Below are positions 46,802 through 56,517 of a stretch of DNA of 64,000 nucleotides, one piece after another (positions within the stretch are counted from its first letter, which is position 1; every line of letters starts with the position of its first letter). The stretch spans positions 18,866 through 82,865 of the forward strand of contig DASPPQ010000032.1 of assembly GCA_035625415.1 (NCBI GenBank). The letters run 5' to 3'. Position numbers and translations under genes: made by a program. This stretch comes from Thermodesulfobacteriota bacterium (GTDB taxonomy: Bacteria; Desulfobacterota; BSN033; UBA1163). The notes beneath the pieces were generated by a model. The model ran no database searches and was not told the origin of the DNA. It was given only the letters and a program-made list of their open reading frames with translations.

Positions 46802-47488
46802 TTGCTTGAAATAGATAAACTCACGGTTTCTTATGGGTCTGAGAGAGCGGTCAACGAAGTCTCCTTGAAGGTATCGGGCGAAGTCGTCTGCCTGTGCGGC
46901 CGAAACGGCGCAGGCAAATCCACTGTGCTGAAAGCGGTTGCAGGGGTAGTGGATGTAGGTTCTGGTCGGATATTGATGGATGGGCAAGATGTCATCACCA
47001 TCCCCCTTTTCAAGCGGTTGGAAAGCGGTATTGGTTATGTTCCGGAGGATAGAAAGCTCTTCAAAGAGATGACCGTGAGGGAGAATATAGAAGTAGCCAG
47101 AATCGGCGGAAGAGTCTCAGGAAGAAAAGAGATGAATATTGATGAACTCTTGCCGGAACTGGCACGCCTCTATAACAGAAAGAGCAAATTATTGAGTGGA
47201 GGGCAACAGAAAATTGTCAGTATTGCCAGAGCGATCATTACCTCTCCCGGTGTCCTGTTATTTGATGAATTGCTGGAAGGACTCGCACGGTCAATGATGA
47301 TTAGGATTTCTGAGATTGTGGTGAAACTAAAGGCGGAAGGAAAAGACATTCTCTGCGCCGAGTCAAGCTTGGATAAGGCGAGTTATTATGCAGATAGAAT
47401 CATCTGGTTAGAAAAGGGTCAAACCGTCGCAACAGGAAGCCCTGCCGAAATCAAGAAACAAATGATGGATGCCATTAGAGCAAAATAA
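46802..47488 (+). CDS. Liv-type ABC ATPase (LivF-like), module 1
   Basis: Walker A GRNGAGKST and an intact signature LSGGQQKIVSIARAI. The Walker B region is divergent (LLFDELLEGL). ILCAESS replaces LLVEQN. Confidence 0.8.
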   Translation: MLEIDKLTVSYGSERAVNEVSLKVSGEVVCLCGRNGAGKSTVLKAVAGVVDVGSGRILMDGQDVITIPLFKRLESGIGYVPEDRKLFKEMTVRENIEVARIGGRVSGRKEMNIDELLPELARLYNRKSKLLSGGQQKIVSIARAIITSPGVLLFDELLEGLARSMMIRISEIVVKLKAEGKDILCAESSLDKASYYADRIIWLEKGQTVATGSPAEIKKQMMDAIRAK

Positions 47489-47571
47489 GACGCATCTCTA
47501 TTTGGGCTGAAGCAATCTATACTTGGTAAGTGAATTTCACCGTTGATCGGAAATATGAGGTTTTCTGAAAA

Positions 47572-48216
47572 ATGGAAAAAGAAGAAGTTGAATCTTTTTA
47601 TAAAGCCTTAAGGGACACTCATCTTTCCACGATGGAAACGCTTGTGAAGGAGTGCATCGGGAAGGGAGCGTCGCCCATGATTATCCTGAATGAAGGGCTC
47701 ATCGGTGCCATGGCGATAGTCGGCCAGGAGTTCAAGGCGTGTCAAGTCTGGGTGCCAGAAGTCCTTCTGGCTGCAAGAAACATGAACCGGGGAATCGAAA
47801 TCCTCAAGCCAGAGCTCCTCAGGGAGAAATTGCCAAGCAAGGGCACATTTGTTATCGGGACAGTGGAAGGAGATATTCACGACATCGGGAAGAATCTTGT
47901 CACCATGATGATGACGGGCGCTGGATACACGGTGATCGACCTGGGAATCAATGTTCCGAAAGATCGATTCCTGGAAGTCATTCCAAAGGAGCAACCAGAC
48001 CTGGTTGGCCTCTCCGCCCTTCTCACCACGACGATGCTCAAGATGAAAGATGTCATAAGGGCGATCCGCCAATCCGTATCTAACCCTCCGAAGATCATTG
48101 TGGGTGGCGCCCCGGTTACCCAAACATTTGCCGACGAGATTGAAGCAGACGGCTATGCGGAAGATGCGGTCAGGGCAATGGAGTTGGCCAACCGTCTGCT
48201 TTCAAGAGGAGGATGA
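47572..48216 (+). CDS. Corrinoid (cobalamin-binding) protein, MtaC/MtbC-like, module 1
   Basis: N-terminal B12-binding_2 helical cap. Cobalamin-binding motif GTVEGDIHDIGKNLVTMMMTGAGYTVIDLG (DxHxxG...G.G) in a Rossmann domain. Confidence 0.85.
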   Translation: MEKEEVESFYKALRDTHLSTMETLVKECIGKGASPMIILNEGLIGAMAIVGQEFKACQVWVPEVLLAARNMNRGIEILKPELLREKLPSKGTFVIGTVEGDIHDIGKNLVTMMMTGAGYTVIDLGINVPKDRFLEVIPKEQPDLVGLSALLTTTMLKMKDVIRAIRQSVSNPPKIIVGGAPVTQTFADEIEADGYAEDAVRAMELANRLLSRGG

Positions 48217-49259
48217 GGATGGAAAGCGGTCTTCGATCTACGCCCAAGCGTCGATTCCTTTCAGGTCTCCTCGGAGGGAGGAAAGGAAACCGAATATGCG
48301 TAGCCAACCCCACTTCAATCGTTTCGGTTGAATTGATGGAGAAAACAGGTGTCTATTTCCCGGAAGCTCATCTGGATCCTTTAAAAATGTCTCAACTCGC
48401 AGCAAGTGGATGTGAAATCCTGGGTTTTGACTCCATTATGCCGGAGTTTAGTGTCCAGCAGGAAGCTGAGGCTTTGGGATGTGTGGTCGATTGGGGAAGT
48501 CCCACCATGATGCCAGATGCTAAAACGCATCCTGTGAAAGAGGTGGAGGACCTTACCATTCCTGACAATATTCTTGAAAAACCTTCAATGGCGGTCGTGC
48601 TCAGAGCTCTGGAAATCTTGAGCCGAACCTATGGAGACCGCGCCGCCATTGTCGGGAAAGTGATGGGCCCATGGACGATTTCATATCATCTGTGCGGTGT
48701 CCAGGATTTTCTGATTTGGACCTTGACTGAGCCAGAAAAGGTGAAGGAGCTTCTCCGTCAGCTCAAGGAGGTATCGATAACATTTGCCAATGCCCAATTT
48801 CGCGCTGGCGCGGATGCGGTCGTGATTGCGGATCATGCGACAGGAGACCTTGTTAGCCCCAAGGCCTATCAGGATTTTCTCCTTCCTGTTCATCAGGAGA
48901 TGAATCGGCGGATTGGAGGACCAACCATCCTTCACCTCTGCGGGAACTGCTCTGACCGACTGAGGCTCTTTGTCGAGGCTGGTTTTGACGCCTACCATTT
49001 CGAATGGCAGGTAGAGGCCAAGATGGCTGTTCAAGAGGTCAATCATGAAATGTCTCTCATTGGTAATATTGCTAACAAAAATGTGCTCTTCGGAGGAACT
49101 CCGGAGGACGTTTATAAACAAGCCCGTTACAGCATACAGGCTGGTGTGGATATCCTTGCTCCGGAATGCGCTGTTCCTCTCCAAACTCCACTTGCAAACC
49201 TGAAGGCGATCGTCGAGGCAGCCAAAGAAGGTTACGGAGCTCAGGGGCTTCAGCCCTGA
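48213..49259 (+). CDS. URO-D-family methyltransferase (MtaA/CmuA-like, HxCxxC zinc motif), module 1
   Basis: The N-terminus RRFLSGLLGGRKGNRICVANPTSIVSVELMEKTGVYFPEAH matches the MtaA N-terminus. Putative Zn ligands lie in ILHLCGNCSD. Confidence 0.8.
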   Translation: MRMESGLRSTPKRRFLSGLLGGRKGNRICVANPTSIVSVELMEKTGVYFPEAHLDPLKMSQLAASGCEILGFDSIMPEFSVQQEAEALGCVVDWGSPTMMPDAKTHPVKEVEDLTIPDNILEKPSMAVVLRALEILSRTYGDRAAIVGKVMGPWTISYHLCGVQDFLIWTLTEPEKVKELLRQLKEVSITFANAQFRAGADAVVIADHATGDLVSPKAYQDFLLPVHQEMNRRIGGPTILHLCGNCSDRLRLFVEAGFDAYHFEWQVEAKMAVQEVNHEMSLIGNIANKNVLFGGTPEDVYKQARYSIQAGVDILAPECAVPLQTPLANLKAIVEAAKEGYGAQGLQP

Positions 49260-49676
49260 TTAATAGCCCTAGAAGGTTGAGTTATGAAAGCCGATCGAAC
49301 TCAATATGCCGAGCAACAAGAAAGTCCGCTATTTCTGACGGCCTTTTAGATCCCCACTTTCGCCAGGAGAAGCTTTCATCTTGGCAACGTCCCACTCTTC
49401 CGCACAGTTACCCATGCAGTCCCATCGGCGCTGAAGAGCTTAACTTCCGCACTAGGGATGGGGATGAGTATGACCCCTTGGGACAACTCGTGATCTTATC
49501 CTTAAGTTCAAGATAGTTGGACTACTCAGGCTTCGGTCCTACTATTTGATCAATCATTTGGCATTGACAATCACATATTAGTAGAATAGATATCAATACT
49601 ATGTATCAGAAATTGGGAGAGCCATGATCTGGGAGCTTCTTTTTATTTGTTACCATTTTAAGAAAGGAGGATAGAG

Positions 49677-50972
49677 ATGGAAAGGACAAGGCGTGAATTT
49701 GTAAAGTTAGTTGGAGGGGCGGCTTTGGGTGCAGGCGTGATACTTGCAGGTCAAGGCAGGGCAAGGGCGCAGGCCAAAACGTTTAAGGGAGTACCGTCAG
49801 AGCCGATAAAGATTGGGGCGATGCCAGGTTTGGCGGGTGTGATCGCTGTACCCGGTACCGCAGCCTGGCGCACGACCCAGATGTGGGTGGAAGAGGTCAA
49901 CGCAGCCGGCGGCATACTTGGAAGGAAGATCGAGCTCTTCATGGAAGAGGAAACGAGTGCCAAGGACTGCGTGGAACGGTTCAGAAAACTCACCCTGGAA
50001 AAGAAGTGCGATGTGATTGTAGGTCTGATGTCGACTGGGAACGGACTCGCCGTCGGACCGGTGGCAGAGGAAATGGGCCAATTATGGCTCTCTTGGGACG
50101 CCACAACCCAGAAAGGCGTTGAAGAAACAATGCCCAAGACCAAATTTGTTTTTAAAAGTACTGATAACGAGGCAGAAGCCATTGGAGGCGCGATCCTGAC
50201 AGCGAAATTTTTCCCCAATATTAAAACCGTCGCTGGAATTAACAATGATTACTCCTACGGTCGAGACTGCTGGGATACTTACCAGGCAGTTCTCAAGAAT
50301 TTTCTTCCCAACGTAAAATTTGTTGAAGCCCTATGGCCGAAATTGGGCGAGACTGATTTTACTTCCCATATCGCTGCCCTCAAAAAGGCCAATGCGGATT
50401 TGATCATGACCAGTTTTTGGTCCGGAGATGTACCCGTTCTAATGAAACAGGGAACAGCGGCTGGCCTTTTTAAGAAGAGCAAAGCCTGCTTTACCACCGG
50501 GGGTGGTGCCCATTATACCCTCAAGAAAGAATTCACCCCGGAAGGGATTATCCTCGGGTATAACAGCTACTATTTCAGGTGGACGGATACCTGGCCATTG
50601 CTCAAGAAATTCAACAAGTCGTACCATGAAAAATACAAGGAATACCCCGTCTATGAGTGTGACCATGCCTACTTTGTTCTCCAGGCCTACAAAGCTGCGG
50701 TGGAGAAATGCTATAACCTTTTTGGTAAATGGCCGACAAAGGAAGAGATCGGGAAGGCCCTGAGTGGTATCGAAGTGCCATCGATTTCCGGCTTAAGGGG
50801 ATACAGGGAAGATAACATTATGACCTGCAACTTCTTCCAGGGTCTCACCACATATAAGAATCCCTACGATTTCGTCACCATTAGTCCAATAGAAGTTCTG
50901 ACACCGGTACAGATTATGAAACCCACTGCTGGAGAGAAGTTGTACGATTGGATTAAGGGATGGAAATCTTAG
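49677..50972 (+). CDS. Liv-type ABC substrate-binding protein with Tat signal, module 2
   Basis: Tat motif TRREFVKLVGGAALGAGVILA. Peripla_BP_6-type fold (PIKIGAMPGLAGV...GGILGRKIELFMEEE). Confidence 0.8.
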   Translation: MERTRREFVKLVGGAALGAGVILAGQGRARAQAKTFKGVPSEPIKIGAMPGLAGVIAVPGTAAWRTTQMWVEEVNAAGGILGRKIELFMEEETSAKDCVERFRKLTLEKKCDVIVGLMSTGNGLAVGPVAEEMGQLWLSWDATTQKGVEETMPKTKFVFKSTDNEAEAIGGAILTAKFFPNIKTVAGINNDYSYGRDCWDTYQAVLKNFLPNVKFVEALWPKLGETDFTSHIAALKKANADLIMTSFWSGDVPVLMKQGTAAGLFKKSKACFTTGGGAHYTLKKEFTPEGIILGYNSYYFRWTDTWPLLKKFNKSYHEKYKEYPVYECDHAYFVLQAYKAAVEKCYNLFGKWPTKEEIGKALSGIEVPSISGLRGYREDNIMTCNFFQGLTTYKNPYDFVTISPIEVLTPVQIMKPTAGEKLYDWIKGWKS

Positions 50973-51062
50973 AATCTTTTCAGGCCCCCTCGCTCCCTTT
51001 TCTTCTAAGGGGGGGATCGGGGTCGGCTGGAAGAAAAGGAAGCGAATCATTTTGACGGGAAG

Positions 51063-51950
51063 ATGATCGAGACAATTCTTAACATACTCTTTAGCGGCGT
51101 TTTTAATGCATCAACCCTTTTTCTGGTTGCAGCAGGGCTTCAAGTCGTCTTCGGTGTGCAGAAGGTCTTCAACCTGGCGTGTGGCACGTTCTATGCCCTC
51201 GGAGCCTATGTTGGTATTACAGTGGTAAAAAGCCTTGTCGCGGGGGGATTCCCAACTCCGCTATTCATTGTTCCGCTGATTATGGCTGGGTTATTGCTGG
51301 GCTTCATCGGGCCTATTTTTGAACGTGGGCTGATCAAGTTTGTCTATGACCGGGATGAGACGTTCCAGCTCCTCTTGACCTTTGCCATGGTGATGATGAT
51401 TGAGGACATCATTAAGTTCATCTGGGGGACGTCTCCGCAGACCATGGGAGGCATTGACCTCGTTTATGGACAACTGAATATTTTGGGAGCCACGATTCCG
51501 GTTTACAACCTCATTGTCATCGGATGTAGTTTCGGCATGGCGATCCTGATCGGATACATTCTCTTGAATACGAAGTTCGGCCGGACTATTCGTGCGGCCG
51601 CAGACAAGAGGGAGATGAGTGAGGCCCTGGGCATCAATATGACCTGGATCTATGTCAAGGTTTTCACCCTGGGAACAATTCTTGGGACATTGGGTGGCGC
51701 TTTGGTCATCCCTGCTGGTGCGGCCGTCTCAGAGATGGGCGTGGAGTTGATCGTCCTGGCTTTTGCTGTTGTTGTTATTGGCGGGCTTGGAAGCATGAAG
51801 GGAGCCTTTGTCGGTGCCCTGGTAGTGGGAGTGTTGAAGTCGATCGCCATTTCAACTTATCCGGAACTCGAAATGCTCACGATCTATATCATCGTGATTG
51901 TCGTTCTAGTGATCAAACCTCAAGGACTGTTCGGAGGTGGTAGAGTTTAA
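51063..51950 (+). CDS. Liv-type ABC permease (LivH-like), module 2
   Basis: 295-aa BPD_transp_2 family permease. Confidence 0.8.
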   Translation: MIETILNILFSGVFNASTLFLVAAGLQVVFGVQKVFNLACGTFYALGAYVGITVVKSLVAGGFPTPLFIVPLIMAGLLLGFIGPIFERGLIKFVYDRDETFQLLLTFAMVMMIEDIIKFIWGTSPQTMGGIDLVYGQLNILGATIPVYNLIVIGCSFGMAILIGYILLNTKFGRTIRAAADKREMSEALGINMTWIYVKVFTLGTILGTLGGALVIPAGAAVSEMGVELIVLAFAVVVIGGLGSMKGAFVGALVVGVLKSIAISTYPELEMLTIYIIVIVVLVIKPQGLFGGGRV

Positions 51951-52933
51951 TGCGAAATCGGCGGGAGGTAACGGCCCTTAAGAGTTTTAGGATAGTGTCA
52001 CTCGTTGTGGGCGGCCTTTTTTTGCTTGGGTTGCCGCTGTGGACAAGTCAATTCATCAGTTATTTGATGCTGACGTTCTTTGCTTATGCAATTACCGTGA
52101 TCGGTTTCAATCTTCTCTTTGGATATACTGGCCTCTTGTCTTTCGGCCACGCCCTTTTTATGGCCGTGGGCGCTTACACGGCAGCCTTCCTGACGTCAAA
52201 ATTTTCATTCCATTATATGGAGATCATACTCGTTGTGGCCGTGATCGTGGCTTCTCTCCTGGCTGCATTGATCGGGGCCATTTGCGTCCGGTACATCAAA
52301 ATTTACTTTGCAATGCTCACCCTGGCTTTCGGGATGCTCTTTTACACATTCCTGCTAAAGTTCTATTACCTGACCGGAGGGGACGAAGGGATGCGTGTCT
52401 TGAGGCCTTATCTGTTGGGGTTCAACTTTTCTGAGATTCCCAAGATGCAATTTCTTACGGGAAGCTATTATCTTTATACGTTTGCCCTTCTGGCCGTCCT
52501 TACTTTCGTCATGTGGAAAATTGTCTCTTCGCCTTTGGGGCTGTGTTTGAAGGCGATCAGGGATAATCCCGAGAAGGCTGAATACCTGGGGGTGAGTGTC
52601 AGGAAATACCGATGGTTCGCATTTGTCATTTCCGGGGCTTACGCTGCGATTGGCGGAGCGCTCCTGGCTCCTGCCATCGGCCAGGTGGATCCAGGGCTGA
52701 CTTATTGGACTCATTCGGGGACTCTGGTTTTTATGACGCTCCTCGGGGGCTTTGAAAACTTTCTCGGCCCTCTGATTGGCGGCGTCGTCTATATTTTCCT
52801 TCAGGACAAGGTAATGTCTCTTACACAGTATTGGAGGTTTATCTTTGGAGGTATCCTTGCGTTTATCGTCATTGCGGCACCGGGGGGTATCGCCGGGATG
52901 ATCAGTTCTTTGGTGAGAAGGAGAAAGAGTTGA
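51950..52933 (+). CDS. Liv-type ABC permease (LivM-like), module 2
   Basis: 327-aa polytopic LivM-family permease. Confidence 0.8.
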   Translation: MRNRREVTALKSFRIVSLVVGGLFLLGLPLWTSQFISYLMLTFFAYAITVIGFNLLFGYTGLLSFGHALFMAVGAYTAAFLTSKFSFHYMEIILVVAVIVASLLAALIGAICVRYIKIYFAMLTLAFGMLFYTFLLKFYYLTGGDEGMRVLRPYLLGFNFSEIPKMQFLTGSYYLYTFALLAVLTFVMWKIVSSPLGLCLKAIRDNPEKAEYLGVSVRKYRWFAFVISGAYAAIGGALLAPAIGQVDPGLTYWTHSGTLVFMTLLGGFENFLGPLIGGVVYIFLQDKVMSLTQYWRFIFGGILAFIVIAAPGGIAGMISSLVRRRKS

Positions 52934-52950
52934 ACGAAGCAAGGGGGAAG

Positions 52951-53739
52951 ATGATTCTTTCTGCAGAAGATCTTCATAAGCACTATGGGGAGTTCTGTGC
53001 TTTGGGTGGAGTCAGTTTTCAGGTCTACGAAGGAGAGTTTATCTCCATCATCGGACCGAACGGAGCGGGGAAGACTACTTTGATCAATGTCTTGACCGGC
53101 CTGCTGAAACCGAATCGAGGAAGAGTCTTTTTTAAAGAAATGGAGATTACGGGGATCGGTCCTGAGAGGCTTTCCAGATTAGGACTTGCCCGGAGTTTTC
53201 AACTGGTCAACATTTTCCCAAATTTTACTGTCCTTGAATTTCTGATGGTTGCCATTGTTTCAAGACTCGGCAAAGTAAAGAACTTTTTCTCATCGCTCCT
53301 TCGTGACCAGGAGGTAACCGAAGAGGCGTTGGTAGTGGCAAAGCTCTTCGGGCTCGACGAGAAAAGGGATATGCTCACTAAGAATTTGCCCCAAGGGGAC
53401 AAAAAGATGCTCGATGTGGCGTCTGCCTTTGCCCTCCATCCGGAGGTCATCTTACTCGATGAACCGACCAGCGGCGTGAGCACGAGCGACAAGAACAAAA
53501 TTATGGAAACGCTAGTATCTGCATCGAAGAAGATTGGGATTAAATCGATCATCCAAGTGGAACACGACATGGATATCGTCTTTTCGTACTCGGATCGGAT
53601 CATTGCCCTGCATCAGGGGAAGATCCTTGCGGATGGCGCCCCAGAAAAGATCGAAAAGGATGAAGAGGTGGTATGCACGGTGGTGGGGCAGAAGGAATGT
53701 TTCAAGATCTTCAGGGCCGTATTGAACAGAGAGAATTGA
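52951..53739 (+). CDS. Liv-type ABC ATPase (LivG-like) with degenerate signature motif, module 2
   Basis: Start at the ATG after RBS aagggggaag. Walker A GPNGAGKTT and Walker B ILLDEPTSG. The signature position reads LPQGDKKMLDVASAF. Confidence 0.8.
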   Translation: MILSAEDLHKHYGEFCALGGVSFQVYEGEFISIIGPNGAGKTTLINVLTGLLKPNRGRVFFKEMEITGIGPERLSRLGLARSFQLVNIFPNFTVLEFLMVAIVSRLGKVKNFFSSLLRDQEVTEEALVVAKLFGLDEKRDMLTKNLPQGDKKMLDVASAFALHPEVILLDEPTSGVSTSDKNKIMETLVSASKKIGIKSIIQVEHDMDIVFSYSDRIIALHQGKILADGAPEKIEKDEEVVCTVVGQKECFKIFRAVLNREN

Positions 53740-53751
53740 AGGCAACTCACG

Positions 53752-54462
53752 ATGATACTCGAAGTTAAAAACCTCAATGTATATATTAAGGCCAGTCACA
53801 TTATCAGAGATGTGGCGATCCAAGTGGGGGAAGGGGAGGTCGTCTGTCTCATCGGAAGAAATGGGGCGGGGAAAACCACCCTTCTCAGATCGATTATGGG
53901 ATTTCTGAAACCTGAGGCAGGTACCGTCAGGTTCAAAGGGGAGGAGATGAAAGGATTAACTCCTCATGAGATCGCTCTGAAGGGGATGGGCTTTGCTCCT
54001 GAGGAAAGCGAAATTTTCGCTGATTTAACCACCTTAGAAAATATTGAGATCGCGACATGGACTCGAAAAACGTCTCGTTCAGCAGAAGAAAGGATCAGGC
54101 TTGCTTATTCTGTATTTCCATCTTTGGAAAGATATAAGGCGAGAAAGGGGACACAGATCAGTGGAGGAGAGAGAAAAATGCTCTCCATCGCGAGAGCTCT
54201 TGCCATGGACCCTCACATGTTGTTGCTCGATGAGTCCTTCGAAGGGCTCTCACCTGGCATCATCCCCCAAATTGCGGAGAGCATCCATGAGATTGCCAAG
54301 ATGGGCCGCTCGATCTTTCTTGCCGAGTCCAACATCTACCATGTCCCTGATTTCACGGATAGGGTTTACGTGATCGAGCGAGGCGAGATTATTTTTTCGG
54401 GAAAACCTGAAGCGTTGATAAAGGATAAAGCCGTCCTGAAGATTGTGGCAGGAGCTGCTTAA
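53752..54462 (+). CDS. Liv-type ABC ATPase (LivF-like), module 2
   Basis: Walker A GRNGAGKTT, signature ISGGERKMLSIARAL and LLLDESFEGL. IFLAESN replaces LLVEQN. Confidence 0.8.
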   Translation: MILEVKNLNVYIKASHIIRDVAIQVGEGEVVCLIGRNGAGKTTLLRSIMGFLKPEAGTVRFKGEEMKGLTPHEIALKGMGFAPEESEIFADLTTLENIEIATWTRKTSRSAEERIRLAYSVFPSLERYKARKGTQISGGERKMLSIARALAMDPHMLLLDESFEGLSPGIIPQIAESIHEIAKMGRSIFLAESNIYHVPDFTDRVYVIERGEIIFSGKPEALIKDKAVLKIVAGAA

Positions 54463-54685
54463 TAGAATAGTAAAGGGGAGAGGGGAAGGGTGAGGGGAGG
54501 TCATTTGGAATTAGAATTTACGCGGAACGGTTTGAAACCGTTCCCTACAAGGATTTACCTGCCTGCTCTGTACCATATTAGGTTCAGGGCCTGCCGGTAG
54601 GCAGGGAATTTGTGATTTGGGATTTTGAACGCTGTGCGCTCCGCGCTTAGCGCTATGCGTATCTTCTAAATGAGGGAGGGTTAAC

Positions 54686-55327
54686 ATGCCTGAGACGACA
54701 ACTGTGAAAGAGGAACTTAAAGAGGCCATCATCAAGGGGAAGCGGGATGCGGTCGAGCCATTGATTCGAAAGGCCTTGTCCGAGGGATTAAGACCCGAAG
54801 AAGTCATGGATAAGATGATGATCCCCGCCATGGACGTGGTAGGAGACCGGTTTTCCCGAAATGAGATTTTTCTGCCGGAGATGATGATTGCCGCCCGGGC
54901 GATGAACACAGGACTGGATATCCTCCGCCCGATGCTCGTTGCACAAGGACTTTCGAGCAAAGGGAAGGTGGTGATCGGTTCGGTGAAAGGCGACATCCAC
55001 GATGTGGGGAAGAGCATCGTCTCAATGGTTCTTCAAGGGGCCGGGTATGAGGTCATCGATTTGGGAATCGATACTCCGCCCGAGAAATTCGCCGATGCCG
55101 TGAGGCAGCATCAGCCCAGGTTTGTGCTGATGTCCGCTCTTCTCACTTTGACCATGTCGATGATGGAAGAGACGATCAAAGCTCTCAAGCAGACAGGGCT
55201 AAGGGAAAAAGTGAAAGTTGGCGTGGGAGGAGCTCCACTCACCCAGAGTTTTGCGGATCGAATTGGGGCAGACTTTTACGGCAAAGATGCCCGCGCCGCT
55301 GTGATAAAATGCAACGAGTTAATTTGA
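54686..55327 (+). CDS. Corrinoid (cobalamin-binding) protein, module 2
   Basis: Motif GSVKGDIHDVGKSIVSMVLQGAGYEVIDLG. Paralogue of the 47572 protein. Confidence 0.85.
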   Translation: MPETTTVKEELKEAIIKGKRDAVEPLIRKALSEGLRPEEVMDKMMIPAMDVVGDRFSRNEIFLPEMMIAARAMNTGLDILRPMLVAQGLSSKGKVVIGSVKGDIHDVGKSIVSMVLQGAGYEVIDLGIDTPPEKFADAVRQHQPRFVLMSALLTLTMSMMEETIKALKQTGLREKVKVGVGGAPLTQSFADRIGADFYGKDARAAVIKCNELI

Positions 55328-55345
55328 AATGATGGGGGATAGAAC

Positions 55346-56443
55346 ATGAAACCAAGGGAAAGAATTCTAACCGCACTAAGGAGAGGGACTCCGGATCAGG
55401 TTCCCTGGATAGAGAATGATATTGAAGAAGGCCTTCAGGAAAGAATCATGGGCACGACCGACTTCACGCCCGGTGACCTCTGCGAGAAGCTCGGAATGGA
55501 TGGCTTTGGGTATCATTTCCCGATGGGCGGGAAAGCGACTGCGGGCCAGGCCATGCAGGCAGCTGTGGGGTTCAAGGAAAGTTACTATTATCCGCAAAAG
55601 GTGACCTTCGATTTCGTCCCTCCCTGGATTTCGGAGATGGGAGTCACTGAAAGCGGTCGGACGTTTATCAAAAAGGGGCTCCTTACTTCCAAGGATTCCT
55701 TAAAACTTTTTGATGAATATCTTCCCGACCCGGATCATCCAGCCCGGTATGACAAGGTGTCTAAGTGGATCGCTCAATTCAAGAGGGACTATGCGGTCTT
55801 CGCGAGAATCCGATTGGGTTCCGCTTCGTTGCTTGAAAGTATGGGAGTCGTCGAGTTCGCTTATAATGTCTACGATAACCCAGACCTAATCAAAGAAGTC
55901 CATCAAAGGTTCTCAGAATGGTCGGCGAAAGTCGTGGAACATCTGAACCAAATGGATTTTGATTATTACTGGGCAAATGATGACCATGCCGATACGAAAT
56001 CGACCTGGATGAGCCGGGAACAGTATCGAGAATTTTTCTTGCCCTATCAAAAGATTGTGGCGAATGTCATGAAGAAACCCTGGGTTTTTCATAGCGATGG
56101 CAATCTCATGCCCATTCTGGACGACCTGCTTACCTTGGGGATGAACGGACTTCACCCCATTCAACCCGCCGCCATGGACATCAAAGAAGTCAAAGCCAAA
56201 TACGGGCAAAAGGTCTGCATTCTTGGTAACGTCGATCTCGATTATACCCTTACCCTTGGAACACCCGACGAGGTGGATAAGGAAGTGAAGGAAAGAGTCG
56301 CTGTCGCTGGACCCCGAGGTGGGTACATTGTGACGAGCGCCAACAGTCTGACAGATTACTGCAAGACCGAGAATGTTTGGGCCATGGCCCGTGCCATCAA
56401 GAAATACGGGAAGTACCCATTGGACCCAAATTTATTCAAATAG
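55346..56443 (+). CDS. URO-D-family methyltransferase-like protein lacking the HxC zinc motif, module 2
   Basis: N-terminus RILTALRRGTPDQVPWIEND is of the URO-D/MtaA type. The Zn-motif position reads VFHSDGN, with no Cys. Confidence 0.65.
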   Translation: MKPRERILTALRRGTPDQVPWIENDIEEGLQERIMGTTDFTPGDLCEKLGMDGFGYHFPMGGKATAGQAMQAAVGFKESYYYPQKVTFDFVPPWISEMGVTESGRTFIKKGLLTSKDSLKLFDEYLPDPDHPARYDKVSKWIAQFKRDYAVFARIRLGSASLLESMGVVEFAYNVYDNPDLIKEVHQRFSEWSAKVVEHLNQMDFDYYWANDDHADTKSTWMSREQYREFFLPYQKIVANVMKKPWVFHSDGNLMPILDDLLTLGMNGLHPIQPAAMDIKEVKAKYGQKVCILGNVDLDYTLTLGTPDEVDKEVKERVAVAGPRGGYIVTSANSLTDYCKTENVWAMARAIKKYGKYPLDPNLFK

Positions 56444-56517
56444 TTTTTGCCCCTCATCTTGTCCGTCTTCAGCCCTATTTCCTCCCCCTTGACGGGGGAG
56501 GGTGAAGGTTGGGGTGA

